A stretch of DNA of 64,000 nucleotides from Chrysomallon squamiferum. Taxonomy: Eukaryota > Animalia > Mollusca. Position numbers and translations under genes: made by a program. The DNA lies in NCBI GenBank assembly GCA_012295275.1, contig CM022668.1, forward strand, positions 1,240,001 through 1,304,000. Direction: 5' to 3'. Every line of letters starts with the position of its first letter. The stretch's first letter is position 1. Under the pieces are notes generated by a model. The model made no database searches, was not told the DNA's origin, and saw nothing but the letters and a program-made list of their open reading frames with translations. Of this stretch, positions 13,301 through 26,300 are shown piece after piece.

Positions 13301-16300
13301 TAAAACAGCTGTCAGATATCTGACCTTGATGATAACATCATTTGACTCAAGCACAGAATGTTACATATTCTCTGAATTTTTATTGACTGATGAAATTTTA
13401 TGAAATCAAGATAAATAGTTACATTCATAATAAACAGATTAAAATAAAAAACATTTTGCAGCAGTTTTACATGACAGAATTATTTATGTCATCTATTATA
13501 TAATAAATATAATTTTAGCATAATGTGATTAGAAAGCCACATAGTACTTAAGTATATACAGAAAACTGGCAATAATTTCAAGGATAATATTTAATTTGTT
13601 TGGTTTAGTTCTATTATTCCATATATTTGCTTCAGTTATTATTAGACATGAAAGGTACCTTTTGAGTGCAAGTTTCTAAAGCTATTTTCACATAATGCAC
13701 AATGTTTTTACATTTTGAAAGATATTATGCTGACTGTTGTTCATAAAGTAGTTTCTAATAGTTCTAAATGTTGTAGTTAAAATTAATTTTATGTCAAATG
13801 TAAACTTTTTAAAGCTTCCAATAAAAGGTAAAAATAATAACCTATATATATTTTTTTTTAAGCAGAGAAGTTAGTAGAGAACTTGTTTAGAGACACTGTA
13901 AAGCCAGTTTTAAAACTAACTTATTTCTTTATATTTTTACTGTGATCATTTTGACATTCAGAATAGATAGTTTTAAGTATTTAATTTATCTAAAAGTGAT
14001 AGAGACTCTATGAACAGCACTTCTAATAATAAACTAATAGAAAATTCAAAACAGATTGCGCTGGATTAGCATTATAACAACATATCTGTTGCATGATCAG
14101 CATATAATGATATATTACTTTATAACATTTTCACTTAGTGAACTTGTCAATCTTGTCAAATATTCAAAAAAAGAAAAGAAAAAAAGAAGAAGAAAATTAG
14201 TGAAAAAAGGTAAATATAAATAATTAGTAAAATAGAATAAAAACAAAATTTTTATTAATATTAAGATAGTTAAAAATATTTAACGATAATAAACTATAGT
14301 GCCATATGTTTAAATAACCTTGTTTTGGAATTGATGTAGAACTAAAGGCTGTTATATTTATGTTCCTCAAATTCATTATATCTTTTTCTTAATGTGTCAG
14401 TTAAAGCATTTCTGTAGAAATTTAATTAGCATTTAATTAATTTAATTGACATAATATGAACAATTCTTTATTAAACATATTTTTATTATTCCTTATTTAT
14501 TTATTTTGTTTATACTGTAGTCTAAGGCTTTAATATTTTGTTATATATAATTTATTAATTTAGTTTTTAGGGAATTAATAAATACAGATAATGTAATGCA
14601 CCTTAGTTTTTCAACCCGTTTTGAAAATGAATGCATAGTCTTTATGGCAGACTTGTTTTATAGTCATGCAGTTGCTGGATCGTAGGAATTTTCATTACCT
14701 TGTAGGGGTCCATTTTATTGTGTGCTAAAGGCGAATGTATTTGTATGGAACTGTATGTGGGAAGTATATATACAGAGTCACTCTAAAGTACTAGAATTGT
14801 GCAAGTTTATTTTATTTACATTCCAGTCACCAACTCATTACAAGCATAAAACCAAAACACTGCAATCTGTGATCATTGTTACAAGACAGTATGTTTATTT
14901 TTTTTATAACCTTTTGTTGTGTGTTTTGAAAATGTTATATATGTTTTATATTAACTTACATGTATGAAAAAAGAAAGAAAAAAAGTGTAGTAAATAGGCT
15001 TTTATAATTCTGTCTGATAACTTGGTACATTTATATTTTATGATATTTTGGAAATTACATAGATTCCTGTATGAGATTTTTTTATTTCTTTATTTTTTTA
15101 ATTTTGTTTTTATAAATGTGTGTTTATAATGTGAAAATACAGAACACTTTTGAAAACAGAATGTGTACTGATACCTAACTCTGACATCAAGTTTGGCTTC
15201 TATATTAATATTATTGTAATCATTTGTTTGAAGAATTTAATTATTTTCTGTAATTTCAACATGACATATTGTGAATATAACTGTATGTTAAACTGTGGTT
15301 GATGTTTGCCCTTAGGGCATCATTCGATACACAACCCAGCATTTTACATTGTTATAAGGATAGATTTGTACCTAACTGAAATACTGCAACATATATGCAT
15401 ATGACACAGTGTTTACCTTGTACGTTAAAATCATTGTTCATATATTTTAAAGACAATTCTTTAGGGGAAAGACTATTTAAAAATAAAATTTACTGAACAT
15501 GTTGCATAATGAGAACATAATGAGAACTGATGACAAATATTGTGTTTCCTTTCATTTAAATTTCTTTTCATTTCTCATCCATTAGCATAAAGTCAGGTCA
15601 TCCCAGTAGGTTTACTTTCATTATACTCAGATATGAACTACTAAACATAGTTTTAAAAACAAGATATGTGTATGTAGTAAAAATTAAAATCAGTTGATTT
15701 TTCTTAATAGCAATATAGTTTACTCAGAAGTATATTTGATTTAAAAAACTATTTATTTATTTATTTATTGTGCTGAGGTAATATTTCTTTATAGTAATAA
15801 ACATAAATATTTATTTTTTTCAAGTTAAAAAGTTTTATGTTTGAAGGATTGGTGTATGATGTAATCTGTTATGAAATGAAAAGTATTTAAAACGAGGGTT
15901 GGGCTTTTCACAAAAGATTGATAACAGTGACTGTGTAAATATATAGCACTAAAACTGTCATCCATCCTTAGTCTTTGTGTATAAATGAACCCTGCATGCC
16001 TTATCTGCCCACGTTACATGGATATACTTAACAGTTAGTATGCACATTTTTTCTTTTCTTCTTTGCTTTTACATTATTACTTTTATTAGGTATTTGATTG
16101 GTCAGCTTCTTACCTGAAATGTCAGATGTTTGTGAGTCTACTAGTGCTAATATAAAATTGATAAATCAGTTATTAAAGAGTGACAGTCAAAAAGTGAAAT
16201 AATTAAGTGTAACATGTTTTTTCAAAGTCATTACGGTTTCATGATTCCTCTGTAATCAGTTATTGATTTCTTGTCTTGTCTACCTGATTGTATTTATTCT

Positions 16301-17323
16301 GCTTTTAATTTTTAGACTTTAACAGGGAATTTTATGACCTTAAAAACAAAACATGTTGAGATTAACTTGTATGAGTAGAACCTTGTGTTTTAGAAATGGT
16401 GACATGCTTGAGTTGTCTAGACAGTTTGTACACTTGTGACCAGTATAATCATTGTTATATGTAATATATACAAAACTGTAATCACCACAGATACTCAAAA
16501 TACAAAAAAGTCACGTATAAAAAAAACTTTAAATTTATCATATAAAAGAGAAATATTGATCTGTAATTATGTTTAGACTGACAAAGTTATTCCACGTAAT
16601 ACATACAGATCAATAAGTTTAATCTACTTTAAAGTTAGACTTGACAACACATTGTAATATCTCTTATACCTGTTACATCATTAAAGATAATATTGTTACC
16701 TGATTTTCTAAGTACCTGAGATACATACACATACACTTGCATACACACATGCACTTGTACATCACATGAATATTATTAAAATATTTTTGAAATACACTGA
16801 ATACTGATAATAGTATTTAATAAAGACAGTTTCTAATTCAGTTGGTCAAAGGTCAAATATCCATGTGATAGGCAGAGGTCAGCCTTCAGTAGATTTATTT
16901 ATTTTTTCATTTTAATGTAATTTATATTTTGATTGATAATTATTTTTAATAGAATTGAAAATAATAGTAACATATTTTATTTAATATTTAGTGTTTTTCA
17001 TTTCGATTGTGTGAAATAGTAAAAAAATTAATTTATTTCTTCTGAACTGTATTGTTTTATCATGTGTTCTAAGTAACCCATATCCTGTTTTGACCTCATA
17101 CATATTTATAGACAGGGAAATCCTGTTCATATGTTTAGTATAGGATTATTACATACCTGTATATAATGTCATTCCTTTTATTTCCAGCCTTAGATAGTAC
17201 TAAAATTAACTGTTAAAATTAAAGGTATATTGTTTTATTTCTTTAAAATGAAAGCAAATAACATGCCATTAATTTTTTTCAGATTTAAACATATTTATCA
17301 AGCTGTGGTAGAATTCAAAGAAT

Positions 17324-17359
17324 ATGGCACACCATCGATGGGATTTAAAACCTGAGTCT
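17324..17359 (+). CDS. SLC4A2: SLC4 coding exon 1 ([12 protein letters not shown])
   Basis: ttttttcag acceptor at 17282, ATG at 17324, gtaagt donor at 17360; phase 0 fits exon 2. Confidence 0.65.
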
Positions 17360-20300
17360 GTAAGTATAGTAATTAAACTGCATAAATCCCTGATTTACAG
17401 CTTATTTTGATATGGACAGCTGAGGTCTTGAATATTATTTCCTTTTTTCCATCTGATTTTGTTGGATGAATATTGTGAATGTACTCTGATGTTTTAGTGG
17501 AATTCAGGCATCTTATGTCAACAGGAAAGCTTATTTCATAACAAATATGATAGAATTGTTTTGTTTCTACCCTGAATGGTCTTAAGTTTCTTTTAAAAAA
17601 TCTGAATTTTGTTCTAAATGTTTTACAAAAAGAAATGTTTTTAAATACATTTAACTGTGATATAAATCTCTTTCTCTGTTTTAACTTGTGATTTAAAAAC
17701 AAAAATGTTTTAATATCATTTAATTTATATACTACTGTTTGATATCCAATAGCCAGTATATTTGACATCAAATGATAGTAAATATATAGTTTTTATATAA
17801 TTATAGAAATGAATAAATTATATGTGCTTAGTTATCATAATTTGCATTTAAAAGCACAAGCCAGAAGAGGTGATCCCACTGACACATGTTGATGATGAGG
17901 CAGTTGTTTGGACACCAGTTCATGTAGCTTCTGACTCTGTCCTTGGCAAGGATGTGCAGTCTGACAGAGAGAGCTCATTCAGCAGTCCTCTGTTACCACA
18001 AACAAGTCAAGCTGAAAGACCAAGTCGTATGACATTTCTCAGTGATGAGGTGGAAAAACTCTTTGACATGCAGGACAGATTCCATCTTGATGATTTGACA
18101 GACGGACATATTCAGGTACACACCGCTGAACATGATGAATCTTGTCCTCAGAGTCCAACAGAGCCAAATGTTTCAGAAAAGATGCAGTTTAATGAAGATG
18201 ATTTTGCAAGTAAGTATTCTGTGATGTCATGAAGAGAATGTTAACTGAAACAAAAAAAATGTTTTAATGTTATTCAACATACTGTTCCAACAACAAATTA
18301 TATTAAACAACTATATTAATATCCTTCACTTGTAAAATTGTTTCTACTCTGTTGTTCTGATTTAATGTTTATAAAATATTTGTAGACTGCCAGCTTTATT
18401 TAAATTTTCTTTGTTTTTCCATGTCATTGTATTTATTATTCAGCTAAATGTACACATAATCAGTGATATCAAGACTGTCCTATTAGAAGGGAGCTGATCA
18501 TGTTCTTTCAGACCGCTTTGTCATGAATGCTGTAAATTCAAGGATAGAAAGTTCAGCATTTCATTTTCAGAAATGTTGCATTTGGTTCTGATTATACTGC
18601 AAACACCAATATCAGCTTGTTAACTATATAGGCAGATTATATTCTATCATGTATATGTTCCATTTTCCAATCAGCATTTTTAGGTTGTAATGTTTGTGCA
18701 TTACACAAAGCTAGGAAATGTCAAAAAAAGAATTACTTTAAGATAAACTACAAAATGAGATATATTTTTGATAGAAGGATAATATTCTTTTGCTAATACC
18801 CATCCAGTTAGATATACTTCTGGAAAAAAAAATTCTTTAATTTTAGGCCTAATAGAATTACTCATTATATATATATATTTTTCTGAGGGAAACAATTTTC
18901 TTTAGTGAAGGATAAGCTCAAGTTTTATAATATTTTGTTTGTTTTAACAGTATGTGAAAATATATAATAATAAAAAAATTGGAAATAAATAATTTCATAT
19001 AAGTGTATTTAATATAATAATATATATTAATGACTTTATGATGCATAGATTAGAAGGATGCAACTGACGGTGTCTTATAGAATAAAGTAAGTTGTAGTTG
19101 GAATCATAATATTTGAAATAATTTATTAAAGATGAGTCTGTCTGTATTCTTGTTCTGTTTTAGGCGACAATAACAGCGAGTTGGATTGTAAGTTAATGGC
19201 TTGTTTTTGTTCAGAAATTTGTTTTGCTGTATTTTTCTTTTATTTCTTCTTTTTTTTCTTTTTTGTAGCACATGCAGTGTACTAACATGTATTACAAATT
19301 ATGATATATTTTTGAATATTAGTTATTTATTTAAATTGGGAATTATTATTATTATTATTATTTTTATCACAATATTTTGGTAGCATTTAGCTTCAGAAAA
19401 ATATATTTCTTTTTTCTTTCTTTTTTTCTTTATTATTTATTTATTTGTTTTAAAATGTTTGAGTAATTACTAAATGAAATTATTTTTTATTATCAAATAT
19501 TTAGATTATTTAAATTAATTTGAGCTTATTTGATAGATTGATCAGTGGTCAGTTTCAACAAAATTAAATATTAATATCATTAAACTTCTTAGTTTTCTGA
19601 AGAATGATCATGTATTTTAAACTCAATCTTTACATTATATAAACTACATTTACATCAAGATACATAAATACTTTCTTTGTGATAAGTTCACCATAAAATT
19701 ATGTTCAAAGAAGATAGTTGCAAAAATTGATTATAAAATGTATCATTTAAATTATCTTAAATAATTCAGTAATGATTATCTTTGAATTCCATCATCTTAG
19801 TTACAAAGTTCATAACTAAACAATACTGACACCATTTAATTACAACTGTCAAATATTAAAAATATTTTTATTCACTCTTTGCAGTGCATGCGCACCTAAA
19901 GGGTAATAGATATGTGCTTGTTTTGTTTTGTTTTTAGAAATGAGATTTCAGTTTTGATATTTTTTTTAATCTTGCATGACATTTTTTGTTGTTGCAATTT
20001 ATTTTCTTTTGTGTTCTTTTGTGTAATTTAATTTAAATAAGATTTTTTTTCAGCTGATATAATATATGCATATAGGTGTGTGTGTGTGTGTGTGTGATTT
20101 ATTAGTGTAATGTGAAATATTATTTAAAACTAATTTTTGTGTTCTCACTTAAGTTGAATTTGAAATTTTATTTTATTACACTAACCATTTTCTCTGTATT
20201 TAATATCAAATGTATATATTTTGTTTATTTTTTCCTTTAACTGCTAATATTTCTTATTATAATATTTAAATTTTGTTTTCATTAAAAATTCATACTGATT

Positions 20301-23300
20301 AATCTTTTTTTCATTTAGAAGGCTTTAACAGTTTTACAGATACTTTAATAGTTGTATTAAATAACTGAACACTTGCTAATGTGCATTGTTGTTGGATGTT
20401 TAATGAGATGTTTATTTGTTGTTGTGTTTCTTTAGCACACTATTTTTGACATTTACAGCATACCCTGAACTACCCAAAATAAACTAACCTTTGTTGGTAG
20501 TGACCACTTTTAATATTTAATTGTTTAATATGTTCTGATAATGAACTGTGAAAATGTATTTTTTAATGTTTGTCATTTTCACTTCCTCATGTTATATTGA
20601 ATAATAATTTTTAAGAATTATAATTTTTGAAAACCAAAATATCCAGTTTTGAAATATATAAAAATTCATTGAATTTTGTTTATAATATTTGTGAAGTTCT
20701 AATTATTATGCAATTGCTAATGATATTGATTACTTGTTATAAATTACATTTTCAGTTCATCGGCGTGTTTCTTACCCACATATCCATCAGCCTCTGAGAT
20801 CTCTGTCGTCTCGCTCTCTAAAGGCTCATAAACCAGCAAAAGTAAAGAAAAAGAAGAAGAAGAAAATTCGAAGTTTCCCCTCTCGAGGAGCAATCCAGGC
20901 TCCCACCATTCCAGAAGAAACAGAAGAAGAAGTAAGTTCAAAAGAAATTGTGTTTAAGAAATTCACAAAGCAGCTGATTAACCTAAAGATACTCATTAAT
21001 ATCAATAATTCAGAAAATTCATAACTGATTATATTTGAATGGATTTGATTTAAAACATTATTAAAATAGCATTCATAAATTTAAATTTTTGTTCTCTTTA
21101 TATCATAGTAATTTTTATTGTTTTCAGGGATCTTCCTCTGGAGATGATGATGATGATGATGATGATGTTGATGAAGATGACTACAAGGATGGTAAATCAG
21201 TAAGCAATGAAACAAAAAAAGATTCTCGTCCATCAGTAACAGATATTCAGGTGAATAACATTTTTCTTTTGTTAGAATCATTCATTTGTAAACTGAGTAA
21301 CTATAACTTTTCTTTTATAATTATATATAATAATTATGCCTTACTATTATTATTGTTTTTTATAAAATACATAAATCAGTTTGTAGAACTTGTCTTATTA
21401 TACCCCATTTTCTTGTTTTAATATATTGTTAGAAAATCTTCCAGTCCATGGAACTGCATTTGAAATACTAGTTAAAGTAACAAATACTTCACAATTTTTT
21501 TTTATTTGCTTTTTAAAATTTTAATTTTTTAAATGATCTAATCATTCAGTTGCTGATTTTATAAAATCAAAAATGATTTTCTTCAGTAAAATAAAAGCAA
21601 TATAAAGAGCAATTGTAATACTGAGGCAATTGATTTTATATCAACATTTTATTGATTTCCTGTCAGTATTTTAATATCTGTCATCTTGTACAGAAGATGT
21701 ATACTTATGTTTCTACTGTGACCACGTATTCTCATTAAATCAGTTACAATATTTCAGGTTGATTTTTTCATTGGAGATGCTGATGATACAGCAGATGAAG
21801 CAGATAGGTAAACTAAAAGTCTAAGCAACTTCCAACATCACTACTTACATCCACATCAGTAACAAATTTTAACACTGGAAGAATTAATAGAATATAATAT
21901 TTTCAATAAAGTTTGTGTGTTCAGTAAATAGTAATTTACAGATTCTAAAGCTATAAAAGACAATTCAATAGTAACTATTAATATTTCATTGAGTGTCAGT
22001 GAATCAACGTTTTTTTTATAGTGTTAGATAACTATAGATGATTACATTTTTTCAAAAAAATAATTTTAATTTGTTGTACAGAAACAAACGCAGATCATTG
22101 TCTACCAGCTCTGACCTGAATGCTTCAGCTCTGTTTGTCAGACAGGAATCTGTGAAATCAGAACCATCAGAATTCCTCAATCTTGCATCTGATCCTGAAC
22201 TCTCCACCAAGGCTGGTAGTTTTACATCATCAGCAGCATCCAACAGCACCATCAATTCAGAGACAGTCCACTTTGTTCTGGGTAGGTTTTTAGAATTTAT
22301 TCCAGAGAGCAGTATTCAACAGCACCATCAATTCAGAGACAGTCCACTTTGTTCTTGGTAGGTATTTAGAATTTATTCCAGAGAGCAGTATTCAACAGCA
22401 CCATCAGTTCAGAGACAGTCCACTTTGTTCTGGGTAGGTTTTTAGAATTTATTCCAGAGAGCAGTATTCAACAGCACCATCAATTCAGAGACAGTCCACT
22501 TTGTTCTGGGTAGGTTTTTAGAATTTATTCCAGAGAGCAGTATTCAACAGCACCATCAATTCAGAGACAGTCCACTTTGTTCTGGGTAGGTTTTTAGAAT
22601 TTATTCCAGAGAGCAGTATTCAACAGCACCATCAATTCAGAGACAGTCCACTTTGTTCTGGGTAGGTTTTTAGAATTTATTCCAGAGAGCAGTATTCAAC
22701 AGCACCATCAATTCAGACAGTCCACTTTGTTCTGGGTAGGTTTTTAGAATTTATTCCAGAGAGCAGTATTCAACAGCACCATCAATTCAGAGACAGTCCA
22801 CTTTGTTCTGGGTAGGTTTTTAGAATTTATTCCAGAGAGCAGTATTCAACAGCACCATCAATTCAGAGACAGTCCACTTTGTTCTGGGTAGGTTTTTAGA
22901 ATTTATTCCAGAGAGCAGTATTCAACATTATTTTGTTGTTCATCAACTGATTTATATATGATTATTCTGGTTAGAGCTTGTACATCTGTTTCTGTTTAAC
23001 AATATAAAATAATTTTACTGTAAAAGTTATTCAGTTAATAACTTGCCTGATTACAGGTTTGACTCAGTTTATAACTGTGTATGATGATTTCTATTTCATT
23101 CAGTTCATATGCTTATCTGACTGGATTTATAATAGATTAATGAGACTTGTGAAAACTATAACAAAAAGTAATTGCTTAAACAGCAGCATATAACTTATCA
23201 TTTTTAGTTTTTGGGTACATTTATAATATTGAAGCCCACAAACTTTGCATATAATACTGTCAGAATCAAAATCTGAGTTATGAGCAAGCTTTGGATATGC

Positions 23301-26300
23301 CACTGCATTTAAACAACACAACATCCAGCCAGCATCCCAAGTCTCATTCATATACCTCACAAGGATACCTTGCCATGTGTTATGCTGACATTTTGCACAG
23401 TATTTTGCCAAATTTCTTTTAATCTGACCATGGATCCTAAGAAAGTGAGTGCAAAGGACAGTGCTGAGAAGAAGAAGCAGATAATGTCCATTGAATTAAA
23501 CCTTGATTTCATAGAAAAACATGAGTAAAGTGTGCATGTAGTCAATTTGGCTAGGCACTATGAGCGTAATACTTCTACCATATTACTATTCTGAAGCTGA
23601 AGGAGTCGATAAAGGCTATAACTCCAACCAAAGGTGTTAAAATAATTTGTCTGATCTCCAAGCTAAATACACTTTACAAAACCAATTTAGTTCTTTACAG
23701 TCTCTTTTATTTTGTTTTTATGCAATATTTGTCATTTATAATTACATTTTTCTTATTTAAAAAAATGGGTGGATATTGGGTGGCTTGAACAGATTAATGG
23801 TATTTTCTGTTGGGAAAATTGATTTTATATATGAGCAAATTGAGATACAAGCTCAGTCACAGAACGAATTAAACTTGCAAGTCAAGGTACCACTGAATTT
23901 AGAAACAAAGCAATTAACTGAAAGTTTCGCTTTATAATTTAATGTTTTATATATATACAGACATGCACTCACAAATATATACAAAGACAAAGACAATCTA
24001 TTTCTAAAGTACACTATAATGTCATATCTCCTCTCTGAATTTTCTGATAATAAGATTCATAATATTTAATTTCATACAGGTGATGATGCCAGCAATATGA
24101 CAGAAGAAAAAGATCAGCCATCACAGAAGAAAGAAGACATCAGCAGGAGTGAATCAGAACCACTCATGTCTGAGTGAGTAACACACATTTAGCTATACAT
24201 CCTGTGAATCAAACTGAGTAACAAATATCTAGCTTCCTGTGAATCAAACTAAGTTACAAACATTTAGCTTCCTGTGAATCAAACTGAGTTACAAAAACAC
24301 TTAGCTAAATGTCCTGTGAATCAAACCAAGTTACAAATGTTTGGCTATATATCCACTGAATCAAACTGAATTACAAACATAATTATTTTCAAATACATAT
24401 AATGATATATTTTTAGTTAAACATAAATAAACTTCAAAAATTCCATTTTTTTAATTCGATTTTTTATAGTTCTGATGGGAGGCTTCAAAGAAGAAACATC
24501 GCCATCATCATCATCATCATCATGAACATTTCAAGCATGAGGATCTTCGTCTACGTAGACAGAAGGGAAGTGATGTTCATCTTGATAATATAGATACACT
24601 GACAAAGTCGCCCACTGAAACAGATGAGGCTATGCTCCTCCACATGGCAGACCTTGATGAAATGGCTAGTATGTGGCTTAGAAATATTTCATACAGTTTG
24701 TCTATTGTTTGAGGAATGTTTATATATAAAGATAAGACCATTTCCTAGGAGATGGGTTTTTTGTTCCACTAAAACTAAAGAAAAACATAAAGGAAAGCAT
24801 AACAGACATATGGAATATTTGTTTATATATAGCTATAGCTACATTTATTTCTATTTATCTATCTATCAATCTGTCTGTCTGTCTATAGAGCAGAAAAACA
24901 GCTGAAATGTGATTGGTTAAAAGTAATCTATGTAAGAAAGTTGATATAAGGTATATAATACCGGTGACAGGTTTAAAGACATTTTTTAGTCAGTAAATCT
25001 AACTCTCAGTTAGTACTTCAAATATTCTGATATCGACAAATGAACACTTGAAGTGGTGAAATTAAAAAAGATTCTTGTCCATCAATATCCGACGTTCATC
25101 TCTGTTTCTAAGCACAGATAGCTTGTGTAGATCTTTTTTCATTGTGTTAAGATAATTTTTAAAACAATAGAAGAGTATGCAGTAGAAAATGGAATGCTCA
25201 TTATTTAACTAATTTTAGACTAGAGTATCTTATTTTTTTGTTTTTTGTTTTTTTTCCCAAAAGGTCACAGGTGGGAAGATGTGCGAGGTATTCGACGTCA
25301 CAAGATTGGTCGACATCGCAACACACTGCACTCCATTGTCCATATAGGCAAGGTTCACAAAGAAAAGAAAGAACATAAATCTAAATCTAAATTTGACCAC
25401 AGCTCACATGAGGTGAGTTTTTAGCAATATATTTTGTATTCTTTATGTAGTAAAATGGCTGTAATTTGATGTTAAGTTTTATGATTTAAAGCTGATAATG
25501 AGAAAGCATTTTACTTTTGCAGGTGTTTGTAGAACTTGATGAGTTGTATGTGGGAGATGAGGTGGAGTGGGAGTGGCGGGAGAAAGCCAGGTGGATAAAG
25601 TTTGAGGAAGATGTGGAGGAAGGTGCAGAGAGGTGGGGCAAACCGCATGTAGCGTCACTGTCATTTCACAGTCTGCTGGAGCTGAGGAGAGGTTTAGAGA
25701 ATGGTGAGAATCTAAACAAATGAACATACGGTTGCTTACTTGTTTTCAGAAGAACTGTTAAACATATCCACCAATAGATATTTTGAAGAATATATTTAAT
25801 TCACAATTATATTTACTAATAGATACATTTGTTTTACCCCCAGAAATACAGTCACAAATAGAAATATATTTAAAACAAATAAATAATAATAGATATTTTA
25901 ATCTATATTTACTTTTTATTTAGTTTGGTAATAATTTTGTTTGAAACCAGGATGTTTGCTGCTGGATCTGGAGGCCACAGACTTACAGACAATTGTACAC
26001 TACGTGGTAGAGAACATGGTGATTCGAGACCAGATCAGAGAGGAGGACAAAGGAAACATTCTGAGAACTCTGTTACTTAAACACAAGTATGTGATTTTAA
26101 TAACATTCCATTAGAATTAGTTTTTTCATTAATTTGGCTAAACAATACTATTGGCTTATTTCTGTTTTCATTAATGCCACCAGTAAGAGATATATTGCTA
26201 GAGGCTATATTGTGCAGGATTAGTTTGTTGGTGAAAATCTGTAATCTTTTATTTATTTTACATTATTTGATGTTTTAGGATAGATTAAATTTCACTTTGT

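Noticed and set aside
17373-17771. 132-aa minus-strand ORF
   Set aside because: AT-rich intron sequence, non-ATG start, no recognisable motif.
19081-19086. 6-nt microexon (cttatag|AATAAA|gtaagt)
   Set aside because: In phase 1 it introduces TAA; could only be a poison exon, with no other support.
20381-20400. miR-33-like sequence GTGCATTGTTGTTG
   Set aside because: The 3' half diverges and no complementary hairpin arm is visible.
22241-22927. CRISPR-like appearance of regular repeats (also 45719-46100 and 48151-49200)
   Set aside because: Units are head-to-tail with no unique spacers, there are no cas genes, and the context is eukaryotic and intronic.
24470-24478. In-frame TGA as selenocysteine or readthrough in SLC4
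   Set aside because: Needs a phase-0 upstream donor; the only nearby one (24178) adds another TGA. No SECIS recognised; a 1-nt indel is simpler.
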